This document shows positions 10,488 through 20,000 of a stretch of DNA of 20,000 nt, piece after piece. The stretch comes from Chiloscyllium plagiosum (Eukaryota): NCBI RefSeq assembly GCF_004010195.1, contig NC_057758.1:6301574-6321573 (forward strand), in the 5' to 3' direction. The notes beneath the pieces are model-generated. The model made no database searches. It had not been told where the DNA came from and saw only the letters and a list, made by a program, of their open reading frames with translations. The position numbers were made by a program, and so were the translations under genes. The first letter of the stretch is position 1. Every line of letters starts with the position of its first letter.

Positions 10488-10906
10488 TGTATGGAAGTTA
10501 TTATGGCAGTGAGATAGTGAACTCAGTGTTGCATTGTATACCAGGGATCATGTTACTGGGCTCCAGTAGTGCATTGTGAGAGGTTAGTAAAGACACTGGG
10601 GGTTGACCTAATACTGGTGACGATGATGTTGTAATATGATTGGTTAAGTGTGATGGAAGGAACCAGTGTGGCAGATGACGATTAGTTGGAAAGACAAAGC
10701 AAGCCAGCTTGATTGGCTATGCTCATGTTTCCTCAAAACGCGGGACCAACTGGACGAGAACAAAGAAACTGTCGGCAGTCAGGGAAGACATTTTGATGGC
10801 TACCACAGCTTTGATTTTGCAAGATGAAAGTTTATTTTCATGAAGGACTTTTCTGCGTCTCCTGATATTTTTTTTTCATAGAACATGGAGTGATTCTTCC
10901 AAAACA
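10488..10906 (+). mobile_element. LTR-like repeat, copy 2 (TG...CA)
   Basis: Begins TGTATGGAAG and ends ccaaaaCA. It is homologous to 6300-6739 and is preceded by purine-rich sequence. Confidence 0.65.
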
Positions 10907-11222
10907 CTGCCTTCCATTCCACTCTCTCTCCCACTCACTTCCGACTCTGACACCATTTCCTTCCCACAGTCTCCCCCTCCCTTCCCAATCTCTCCCCTTC
11001 CGTTCCAATTTCTCGCTCGCCAACTGCTTTCTCACTGTCTTTCCCTGCACCCTTCCCACACTCTCTCTCCCTGTCTCCATTCATACTCTCTCTTCCCCTC
11101 CCTTTCCAAACACTTTCTCCGTTCCTTCTTTCTCACCTACTCTACGCCCGGCCTTCCCACATTCCCCCATCTCATTCAATACCTCTCCTTTCCATTTCTC
11201 ACTCTCCCACCTCTTTTTCAAC
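10907..11222 (+). repeat. Pyrimidine-rich (CT) low-complexity tract
   Basis: Dominated by C and T on the + strand, the opposite polarity to 9231-10487. Confidence 0.9.
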
Positions 11223-11679
11223 TCTCAGCACAGGAGCAGTGAGGGTCAGGATTGGGGAGGGGGCCTCTGTGATCTTCCCTAACCCGTCTCCAGCTACACA
11301 ATCAGGAGAAAGAATTACTTCCACAAACAAATCACTGATAGCATTTGAGACACCAGCAACCCCACAAGCCCATTTACAGACTACCCAAGGCCTCAGAAAG
11401 TAGTAACGGGCACAACACTGTCTCCAACCGTCGCAGCCTCGCGTCAGCCCTGCCACACCTCAACCGTGGAGTCTATCTGAGCCTGCGGAAGCACAACGGC
11501 AAATTAATTGAGATGTCATCACCCGAATCGACACACCATTTGAACGGCAGCAGGTGACGCCCTGGTTACCATAAAGCGACCCTCTCCACTCGGCTCATTT
11601 CACTTTCTCCTGGAAACTCGTACAGATACCTGACCTCCAGGTCCAATTGGCCCCTTTCAGTTACCAAACACTGGCTGCG

Positions 11680-11990
11680 AACGCCCCCACATTTACCATC
11701 CTCTCTGTTCTTACTGAAACATCAGAATCCATGAAACTTCAAAAACCATTATTGTCCCTGCTGTACCCATGACTCCGAATTGGCCACAAAATCAAAGTTC
11801 TAGGTACCAACCAATGTCGCAGATTCATCGACCTTCGTGCAGATGTTCCTGGCGTTGAAATAGACTCACTTCAAATCACCTCCCTGCTTGGCAGTGTACT
11901 CTTGCGACCTTGAAACCTCATTTCTGAACGCATTACTCTCAACCTCCTGGACTCTGGAACTACATTTTTTCCCACCCCCTACTGAATTAC
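11680..11990 (-). mobile_element. CR1 ORF2 N-terminus (APE endonuclease) fragment
   Basis: The minus strand translates LK*VYFNARNICTKVDE...FDFVANSESW...F*CFSKNREDGKCGGV. This matches the APE motifs YxNARS, DxxAIxETW and R..GGGV. Confidence 0.85.
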
Positions 11991-12049
11991 GCCTTAGATA
12001 TTAGCACTCAGGCATACACTCAGATTTAGGTGGGTTTATGCTTTCTGAT

Positions 12050-13530
12050 GCAATTGCTTCAGTTGTCAGTCAGTTAACTTCTCAACGATAAAATAACCAT
12101 GCTGTCCATCAATGTTTCTGTCTGTCTTTGATTATTCTATTTCAACTTTATTTTCTATAGTCTTCTACTTCTCCTCCTATTTCAACTTGTAACTTTATTA
12201 TCTCGTTACCACGCAGTCAGGACATATCCCAGGATATTCTTCCTGTCATGCCATAGGTGTCTCATTTTCCATTTTTTTTAACCACAGTAGGCTGCGCTTC
12301 AAACAATGGCCCAGATACATCATTACCAAGGACAGATTGCATTCCTGGAACTGAGAGTTTTTCCAGTACTCCATCCAGCACTTCACTTTTCGCTGGAATC
12401 TCTAATCTCATTCTACATACTTGTTCACGTCTTGCCTTACTATGATTAACATGTATCAGCACTTTCTCCGGCTAAAATATTTACATGCCTTTTCATCTCT
12501 CAATATCAAAGATTGACACGATCCCGCATCTCTTAATATTGTAAGCTCTTCACATGCTGCTTCTGGCCTGAACGAGTAAAACCTTTGAAGTAAATAGTTT
12601 TAGAAGATATGGCACATACTCCACAACCAACCTCCAACCAGTTTGTGTATTGAGCTCTGAGTTTTAGCCTCCGCTGCGATCTCCTTTACCAAACAAACAA
12701 AATTCACCAGCTTAGCCTATTTTACGATGCCTGTCTTGCCAGTTCTTCTTCTAACCCAACAACACATGGAGTGAAACACGGAGACAGTTAACACCTCTTT
12801 CCCCTTCAAGCGTTTTTTTTCCACCCTGTTTTAAGCTATCTTTCTGTTCACCATCGAGATCTGCAATTGAGTTACCACGTGAGGATTTCTGGTTTCCCAA
12901 ATTCTGCTCGTTCACGGAGTGAAATTGACTCAAAGCCAAACGTTGATTTATGAATCAACTCGTAATCATCGGCCATTTCAGCTGCGAAGCTTGCTGTTTT
13001 AACTCTCCGCTCTTCCATGAGTTCTCGCTGCGCCAGGAAGTGAATTTCTGAAATCCTCTCTCCTTTTAAGCCGAAGTTCATGTTCAAGTCTCTCTTTCTT
13101 CTTCCCTTTTTTTCTGTCTCACTTTCATTTTGTTCTGCTCTAGCGAATCTGACATTTTCTTTTGTTTCGCGAGGGTGATTCTTGCTTTTTTCTATCTCTC
13201 TGCACTATTTCAATTGTAATTGAAACTGTTTCATTTATTTTTCTCTTTCTTCCTCTTTTGCCACGAATTCAAGCTGTTTATTTTAATTGTATTTAGCCAT
13301 TCAAAGCGTTCTGATGACGTTTCTTGCATATTTAAATGCTGGGATACTGCTGTAATTACTTCTCCTTTTCTCAAGGATGAAGTTAACTCCACCACCCCTT
13401 GTCCGCCAAATCTAGCAGTTATATGTTGTTCACATTTTGTGACGCGTGCAACGTCACTTTTGCCAACCAAGAAGCTCTTAGTGATTGAAAGCGCCGTTAG
13501 TACTCCAAGCAATGTTTGAACTAACAGAAT
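12050..13530 (-). mobile_element. Decayed Gypsy (Gmr1-like) LTR retrotransposon internal region: gag, protease and post-protease linker
   Basis: Gag N-terminus ALSITKSFL...LRKGEVITAVSQHLN, then an E/R-rich coil and EERRVKTASFAAEMADDYELIHK. Protease ILRDAGSCQSLILRD (D-T-G changed to D-A-G, ~12505-12545) and GVLEKLSVPGMQSVLGNDVSG. Linker EEYPGICPDCVVTR. Many stops and deletions; no RT seen. Confidence 0.85.
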
Positions 13531-13641
13531 GCAACATCCAGAACAAAATACAGCAACATTTACCACTATTTGCCTTTGAGTCCTACAACCTCATCCCACA
13601 TCGGAAGCGTCAACAAATCAATGCCAGAGCCCTCACTTCCT

Positions 13642-14265
13642 TGTCAGCAGGCAGGACTCCTAAAAAGAAGGTAGCCAGAGATGCCAACTTTTTAGTATTT
13701 TGTAAAAACGATATAGAGTGGACATTACAGGAATGATGCAGGTGTTCAATCCATTCAACATTACGCAAAACAGAATTGATTTTGTCACTATGAATGAAAC
13801 AGGACCCAAAGGAAACAACATTTCAAATTATTTATTTGAAAAGGAAACAACGGTATTGCAACTAAATGAAACTGATCTAATCCCTGCAACATCTCATAAA
13901 CACATCCCTTGGCAAAAGGTATCGTCAAACACAATGTCGTATAAGCAGGTACGTTTTTGTTGCAAAATGTCAGGCAAGACCTCTGTTGAAGCATGGAACC
14001 TGTTTGTCAATGCAGGTGCCTCGCTAGCCCCCAGCTATTTCTGACTGCTTGCTGCAAAACTCATCCGACTAGGAAAAAACAATCTGATTTAGGAGAAATT
14101 GGGAACTCCTCTGCCATTGTCTCAACGTAACCACTTCAGGCCAATTGGCACCTCTGCCTTTACAACACTGCTTGAAATAAAAAAAATTGGCACCTCTGCC
14201 TTTACAACACTGCTTGAAATAAAAAAAAAGATTGATGAAGTTGTCAAAAGGGCAGCGTCCTCACA
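13642..14265 (-). mobile_element. 5' LTR of the Gypsy element
   Basis: The minus strand begins TGTGAggacgctgccctttt and ends ctgcTGACA. It is followed by a degenerate tRNA-Pro-type PBS (aagtgagggctc vs TGGGGGCTCGTCC), and gag starts about 110 bp further on. Confidence 0.6.
14143..14226. repeat. Perfect 42-bp tandem duplication within the LTR
   Basis: aattggcacctctgcctttacaacactgcttgaaataaaaaa occurs twice in tandem. Confidence 0.95.
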
Positions 14266-14621
14266 GCATTAAACTATGGATTTTATCCTCTTGTCAACCG
14301 ACAGTCAGCATAACAACACCTTTTTGGCCAGGATTGATTGCACTCAATCTGCCTCTCAGAATATTTACAAACGCTGTATTAGGAGTGAAGGAATCACATG
14401 TTAGAAAATGGCTTTGTTTCATTAATTCATCAGCAGTGTCTGGTTGCACTATCCCCAATAACCCATAAGCAGATAACAGGGCAGATCTTATCCTCCGCTG
14501 CATTGCGAGTGATCCAGATTATGAAAACGCATTCATTGATAACGGAGATAATTCCGACGTTAACAATTGCAAAAAGCACAACACAGATAGAATTCAAGAG
14601 GTGCACTATGGAGGAAAAGAG

Positions 14622-14920
14622 TAACACAACGCAAACACACACAGGCATATGCGCTTATATTCACATAAACACAAACTCAAACCCACGGGCACACATGCAA
14701 ACAGACAAGAATGCCAGCAAAACCACGAAAACGACTGCACACACTGACCTGCATATGCACACATACAGATCTACACACACACGCGCACACACATGCACAC
14801 ACACACACTTAAACACATATGCTCAAGCACACATTCACACACAGAAATAACACAGGCAGACTCATACAGCCAGGCATGTACTTTCACTCAGGTCTGCAGT
14901 GACAGACACACATACACTCA
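14622..14920. repeat. Degenerate (CA)n microsatellite-like tract
   Basis: Interrupted acacac runs throughout. Confidence 0.8.
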
Positions 14921-16193
14921 CAGTGTTACTGAGACATTAACCCTCATGCACAAAGCGACATGATCCACACGAATATTAGTTTGCCACTGTGAGAAATCAG
15001 ATAATGTGGCATTAGGTAATACTCACCTGCATGGTGTCGATTAACAGAATGGCTACCGTGCAGGTCTGCTCATGTTTGTATACTCAGCAATATGCAATAT
15101 TTGAAATAAAATCTCTCCAGTAATACATTTTTAGTGTCAGATAACTAATATATGGACACTCAGCAGTATTCAAAAGGTTATCGTCTACAGTAATACAATG
15201 CATCTTGTGGTACAACTGAAATTTGTATGCTTAGCATTGTGAAAACAGGGTAATTTACACAAGCAGATAATGGCGAATGTGGGAGACTGTTACATGAATA
15301 TTCAATTGTGAAACCTGTGTATTGAAAACATGAGTGCACAATGAAATACTGGATCAATTCCAGTCATTGCAGGGAAACAATATAGCCTTTGTTGAGCTGG
15401 GAAAGACTTAATATAGCCTTGGAACCGGCGAACCTCATGTTAGAGGTCGTATATTTCACAGACCGATCAACTAGCCAAAAAAGATCAATGATTGTTACCA
15501 CGCCACCACCCGCCCCCCACCAACCCCAAATCACCGAACATAAAACATACAACGTTGTACATAGAACATAGAACATTAGAGCGCAGTCGAGGCACTTCAG
15601 CCGTCGATGTTGTGCGACCTGTGAAACCAAACAAAAGCCCACCTAGCCTGCAATATTCCATTGTCATTCATATGTTTACCTATTTACCATTTATGTACAC
15701 TTAATATCGGCGAGTTGCAGGCCAGTCATTACACGCCCTTACTACTCTCTGAATAAATACACTACCTCTCACATCTGTCCAGTATCAATCAGAGCTCAAA
15801 TTAGAGTTGTGTCACCTCGTCCTAGCCATCACATTCCAAGGAAAGAACGTTCTCAACGTCCACCCTATCCATCCCTGAACATCTGGTAGGTGTCTATGAA
15901 GTCGCCTCTTATCCTTTGTTGTCTCTGACGAAAAGAGTCTCATGTCTCTCAGCTTTTCCTTATAAGACATTCCCTCAATACTTAGTAACATCCTGGTAAA
16001 TCTCCTCTGCACCACGTTCCCATGTTTCCACATCCTTCCAAAAATGCGGCCGCACCAGAGTTTTGTAGAACTGCAACAGGACATCATTGCTCAGATACTC
16101 AAACGCTCGACGAATAAAATGTAAGACATTGTACGCCTACTTTAACAAACTTATCAACCTGAGTTAAAGTCATGACTGCTGATGCTGGAAATG

Positions 16194-16369
16194 TGTGGTG
16201 GTGGAAAAGCACAGCTGGTCAGGCAACATCCAAGGTGCAAGAAGAGTCAACGTTTTGGGAAGAAGCCAGGTATCAGCAGCGTTATTACTGATGAAAGCCT
16301 TCTGCCATAAATGTAAATTCTCCTATTCATCAAAAGCTATCGAACCGGCTGTGACTTTCCAGAACCACG
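16194..16369. mobile_element. Palindromic Penelope-derived insertion (two inverted pseudo-LTR ends with degenerate hammerheads)
   Basis: Left arm gtggtggtggaaaagcacagctggtc..gagtcaacgtttt..tatcag. Right arm ctgatgaaagcc..aaatgtaaattctcct..gctgtgactttccagaaccac. The arms are imperfect reverse complements. Confidence 0.7.
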
Positions 16370-17082
16370 CCTATGAAACTGTGTAACAACTTTCAGAAAT
16401 CTATGTGCATGGACATCGAGACGTCTCTGATCATTCACACTACCCAGGGCATTACCATTATCCCAGTCCGCTCCATTCCTGTATCTCGTTTCAATGTGAA
16501 TCACCTCAAAAGTTTCCACATTATACTCCATTTGCCACCTCTCAGTCCAGCTTTCCAACTTCTCTATGTCCCTCTGTCACCAGCAACGTCCTTCCACACT
16601 GTCAACATCTCGACCGAGTTTAGGATTATTGGCAAGTTTACTAACCCATCCTGCTTCCCCCCGATCCAGGTCATCCAGAAAATCAGCAGTCTTCCTCAAG
16701 CAGATGCTTGTGGCACACCAGTACGAATTGAACTCAATGGTTCTGGAAACATGAGAAACATGAGAAGGCTCAGGTGGGACGCTTAAGCGTTACTAGTTCA
16801 CAGGAAGGAGCAAATGAGAGAGCTAAGAAGAGCCAGTAGGGGAGATGAGATGTCTTTTTATCATTGAGGCAATTTCTGAATCAAACCGCAAAACCACATT
16901 TAATCCCATGCCTCTGTATTTTCTGCAATAGCCTACTATGGAGAATCTCATCCACGCTCTACTGAAATCCACGTACACCATGTGAACGGTTTTATCCTCA
17001 TCCATCAATTTTACCATCTTCTGAAAGTTCTCAAAAAGATTTGTGAGGCATGGCGAACCCTTCTCAAAACCGTGTTGACGAT

Positions 17083-17196
17083 ATGGTCACAGAAATTTGA
17101 GGGTGCAAACATGAGGATCAGTGGTCGGCACAACACCATGGTCTGAAGGGCCTGTTCTGTGCTGTACTGTTCTATGTTCTATGTTCTATGTTCTAT
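17083..17196 (+). mobile_element. Short CR1-type 3' end nested antisense in the older CR1
   Basis: ggtcggcacaacaccatggtctgaagggcctgttctgtgctgtact followed by a perfect (gttctat)4 at 17169-17196. The host CR1 resumes at ccctaa. Confidence 0.85.
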
Positions 17197-17341
17197 CCCT
17201 AAACAAATAATTAGTATCCAGATTATTATAATTCCGATTTCTTGCAATCCGATCACAACCTTTGCACAAGAGAAGAAAGGTTTCCTGGTCCATAATTACC
17301 AGTGTTGCATCTAAACACCTTCTTGATCACAGGAACAACAT

Positions 17342-17841
17342 NNNNNNNNNNNNNNNNNNNNNNNNNNNNNNNNNNNNNNNNNNNNNNNNNNNNNNNNNNN
17401 NNNNNNNNNNNNNNNNNNNNNNNNNNNNNNNNNNNNNNNNNNNNNNNNNNNNNNNNNNNNNNNNNNNNNNNNNNNNNNNNNNNNNNNNNNNNNNNNNNNN
17501 NNNNNNNNNNNNNNNNNNNNNNNNNNNNNNNNNNNNNNNNNNNNNNNNNNNNNNNNNNNNNNNNNNNNNNNNNNNNNNNNNNNNNNNNNNNNNNNNNNNN
17601 NNNNNNNNNNNNNNNNNNNNNNNNNNNNNNNNNNNNNNNNNNNNNNNNNNNNNNNNNNNNNNNNNNNNNNNNNNNNNNNNNNNNNNNNNNNNNNNNNNNN
17701 NNNNNNNNNNNNNNNNNNNNNNNNNNNNNNNNNNNNNNNNNNNNNNNNNNNNNNNNNNNNNNNNNNNNNNNNNNNNNNNNNNNNNNNNNNNNNNNNNNNN
17801 NNNNNNNNNNNNNNNNNNNNNNNNNNNNNNNNNNNNNNNNN
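17342..17841. other. Assembly gap (500 N)
   Basis: A run of exactly 500 N, probably a fixed-size scaffolding gap. Confidence 1.
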
Positions 17842-18711
17842 GCATATCAGTCTGCGCAGGCAGTGCTTGTGTAGTGTTGTACGTTTTCCGCAATTTTGAA
17901 ACTGAAAGCCAGCAGATTGGTACTTGTTGTTTGAAAGTAAAACAGTAGAGATTAGTCAAAATGTTAAAGTGTTACTGGACTGCTGAATGATAAAGACATG
18001 GCCTGCAAGATAATTAGATGGTAGTTTTAGAAATGATTGAAGTATCTGTTTCACTTCGGCTCTGAGAGAGAGAGAGCGAAAGATGTTGGCTCAGTGCTGA
18101 GCTCGTGGTTGCTTGCATGTAAGTTCTGATTGTTTCTGTGATCTGGTCTGTATACATTCTTTCCCGTTGGTGTTTAAATGTTTATGTTTCATTTCCCTGA
18201 AACTTGAGATGCAGGGATGCTTTATATTGCACTGGAAGAATTTAAGCATTTAATTTTAGAGAGTTTATTTCTAATCACCATAAACGAATCGTGCAGCCTT
18301 CACATGCAGTGGAAGGATAGTTTAGGCAGGACGAACGAAGATGGATTGTTTTTACTAATTTGTTGAGACTGAGGATGCTCGGGAACTGTTGAATTGGTAA
18401 GGGCTGCTTGCGAATTGTAGAACTAGAAAGTATTTCTATTGTTGACATGCACTCGCTGATTGTAAAGTACAGGCGAGTAGAAAATAACGATGTCGTTAAA
18501 GTTTCTGAAAAATTGGAAGGAATAACTCAGGATTTATTGACCAAATGGCCGATATCAATATGTGTGGTGAATGGAGGGATTGATTGCGAATTATAGGCCT
18601 AAGGATACTTCTAAGAAGAGATGATTTGGAGATGCCGGTGTTGGACTGGGATGTTTAAAGTTAAAAATCACACAACACCAGGTTGTCGTCCGACAGGTTT
18701 AATTGGAAGCA

Positions 18712-18746
18712 CACTAGCTTTCGGAGCGACGCTCCTTCATCAGGTG
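18712..18746 (-). ncRNA. Minimal type I hammerhead ribozyme in a Penelope-like element end
   Basis: The minus strand reads CAC CUGAUGA A GGAGC-GUC-GCUCC GAAA GC UA GUG. It has an intact core, a 5-bp stem II, CAC/GUG stem I, palindromic AGCU in place of stem III, and a CUA cleavage triplet. Confidence 0.8.
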
Positions 18747-19616
18747 ATTGTGGAGGGCTCGATCATAACACAGAATTTATAGCGAAAATTTGCAGTGTGA
18801 TGTAACTGAAATTATACATTGAAATATTGATTGTCTGTTAAGCCTCCCATCTGTTAGAATACAGTGATCTTTTCACATCTTTCATGTGTAAATCACAAAA
18901 CCCTGTTTTTTGAAGTTGCATTCTCGGGTTAGCTATTAACAATGGTGATAGCTAGACAATATGTTGAAGGTGTTAGCCCCCTGTGTTCTCTGTCAATGTC
19001 CTGATATTTAGATTCCCTAATCTAAAAAGTGAGATTACAGAGTTTTACATAAATTCATGCAGTTTTTGAGCTCAGGGTTCTACATGAATGTATGCTGTTT
19101 TATAGCAAAGTGCAATGTAACTCTGTAAGTACAAATTCACCACACAAAATATGTGTGCATGTGGGTCTTTGTCTGTGTGTGTGTGTGTCTGCCTGGGGTG
19201 GGGATTGTGAGTGTGAGAAAGTGTGTGTGTGGGTGTGCAGTGAGTGCAGAGGGTCTTAAGTCTGTGAGGGGGTGCATGTGTGAGTGTTGGAGTGTGTGTG
19301 TCTATAAGGGTGTGTGGCTAAGGCATATTAGTCGAGAGAGGGAGCTTTTGTTTACGAAAGGATTTCAATCTCTTATCAATAGGTAGAAGGCTTATATTAG
19401 AATGTTCGGTGAAGGCTCGTTTAAATCTCTTGAGAGTTACAAGGCAAAGACCTGAAGCGAGAAAAACAGCCAGGAGGCAACATGAGCATTCGTTGACAAA
19501 TATGATCAAGTGAAATCTTAAATCGTTCTACCGATATAATAGCAATAGGAAAACGATCAGACAATAATTCGGGCCAATCGAGGATAATCGTGGGAAGTTG
19601 TGCGTGGAGTGTGCAG

Positions 19617-19643
19617 NNNNNNNNNNNNNNNNNNNNNNNNNNN
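19617..19643. other. Short gap (27 N)
   Basis: A run of 27 N inside the duplicated CR1 fragment. Confidence 1.
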
Positions 19644-20000
19644 AAAGGCAATGGTTTCGACAGTGGAAGATGACAGACAGAGTAAGTGGAAAGAGAGGGG
19701 GAGAGAGAGATTAGGAATAGAATGGGAAGGGAGGGTGAGAGAGAGAGAGAGTGCCAAGGGAGATTGGATAGAAAGCGAGAAGGAGTATGAGTGGAGAGAG
19801 TCAGGATGGATGGGGACAGACGGCGGGATGAGAGGGCGTGTAAGAGAAAATGGGAAGGAATGGAGAGAGAGAGTTGGAAGGGAAGGGATGGGAGAGAATG
19901 CGAAGGGGAGAGAAAGAATGTAGAGGTGAGAGAGGAAGCGGGAATTGAGGGGAGAGAGTTGGAAGGGAAGGGGAGGAAGAAACTGGCAAAAGTGGCGACA

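Larger units (their letters stand above)
15537..17341 (-). mobile_element. Decayed CR1 LINE (RT domain to 3' tail) carrying nested insertions
   Basis: 3' tail (catagaa)n at ~15537-15576. Peptides: VQRRFTRMLLSIEGMSYKEKL (15812-16087), WTERWQMEYNV..EVIH..GSVNDQRRLDVH (16337-16558), MDEDKTVHMVYVDFSRA (16823-17017), and VVPVIKK..GNYGP next to the gap. Confidence 0.9.
17842..20000. repeat. Segmental duplication, copy 2 (runs off the window)
   Basis: Collinear with 7271-~9560. It includes the PLE end (~18623-19318), the CR1 fragment (~19325-19670) and the start of the GA tract, and lacks 98 bp equivalent to 7912-8009. Confidence 0.95.

Noticed and set aside
9172..11282. Long ORFs such as 9189..10034 (281 aa) and 10890..11282
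   Set aside because: They arise from stop-poor GA/CT low-complexity sequence and give S/L/P- or E/R/G-biased translations with no domain.
14143..14226. CRISPR-like direct repeats
   Set aside because: There are only two abutting copies with no spacer, in eukaryotic LTR sequence.
17262..17959. ORFs of 190-228 aa
   Set aside because: These are artefacts of translating across the N gap.

Overview
Eukaryotic, repeat-rich vertebrate DNA. The repeats (HE1/V-SINE, shark-type CR1 LINEs, a Penelope-like element with a hammerhead motif) and the receptor type point to a cartilaginous fish, probably a carpet shark; this is inferred from remembered family consensuses, not from a search. The only host gene is a two-exon class A GPCR of the shark-expanded GPR139-like group (exon 1 2112-2292, exon 2 4703-5763, +). 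It has two oddities: the exon-1 donor reads ATAAGT instead of GTAAGT, and most of its last 55 codons read through an inverted, decayed copy of its own intron/exon-2 junction. The rest is mobile-element debris: two related LTR-like repeats with a PBS-like site, a 5' Gmr1-type Gypsy relic, nested CR1 fragments, Penelope ends and purine/pyrimidine tracts. A >2.1 kb block (7271-~9560) recurs after a 500-N gap (17842-20000); one copy has an intact minimal hammerhead ribozyme and the other a core-mutated one. I see no evidence for a new multi-gene system. The most interesting items are the GPCR's inverted self-like tail, its broken donor, and the intact/mutated ribozyme pair.
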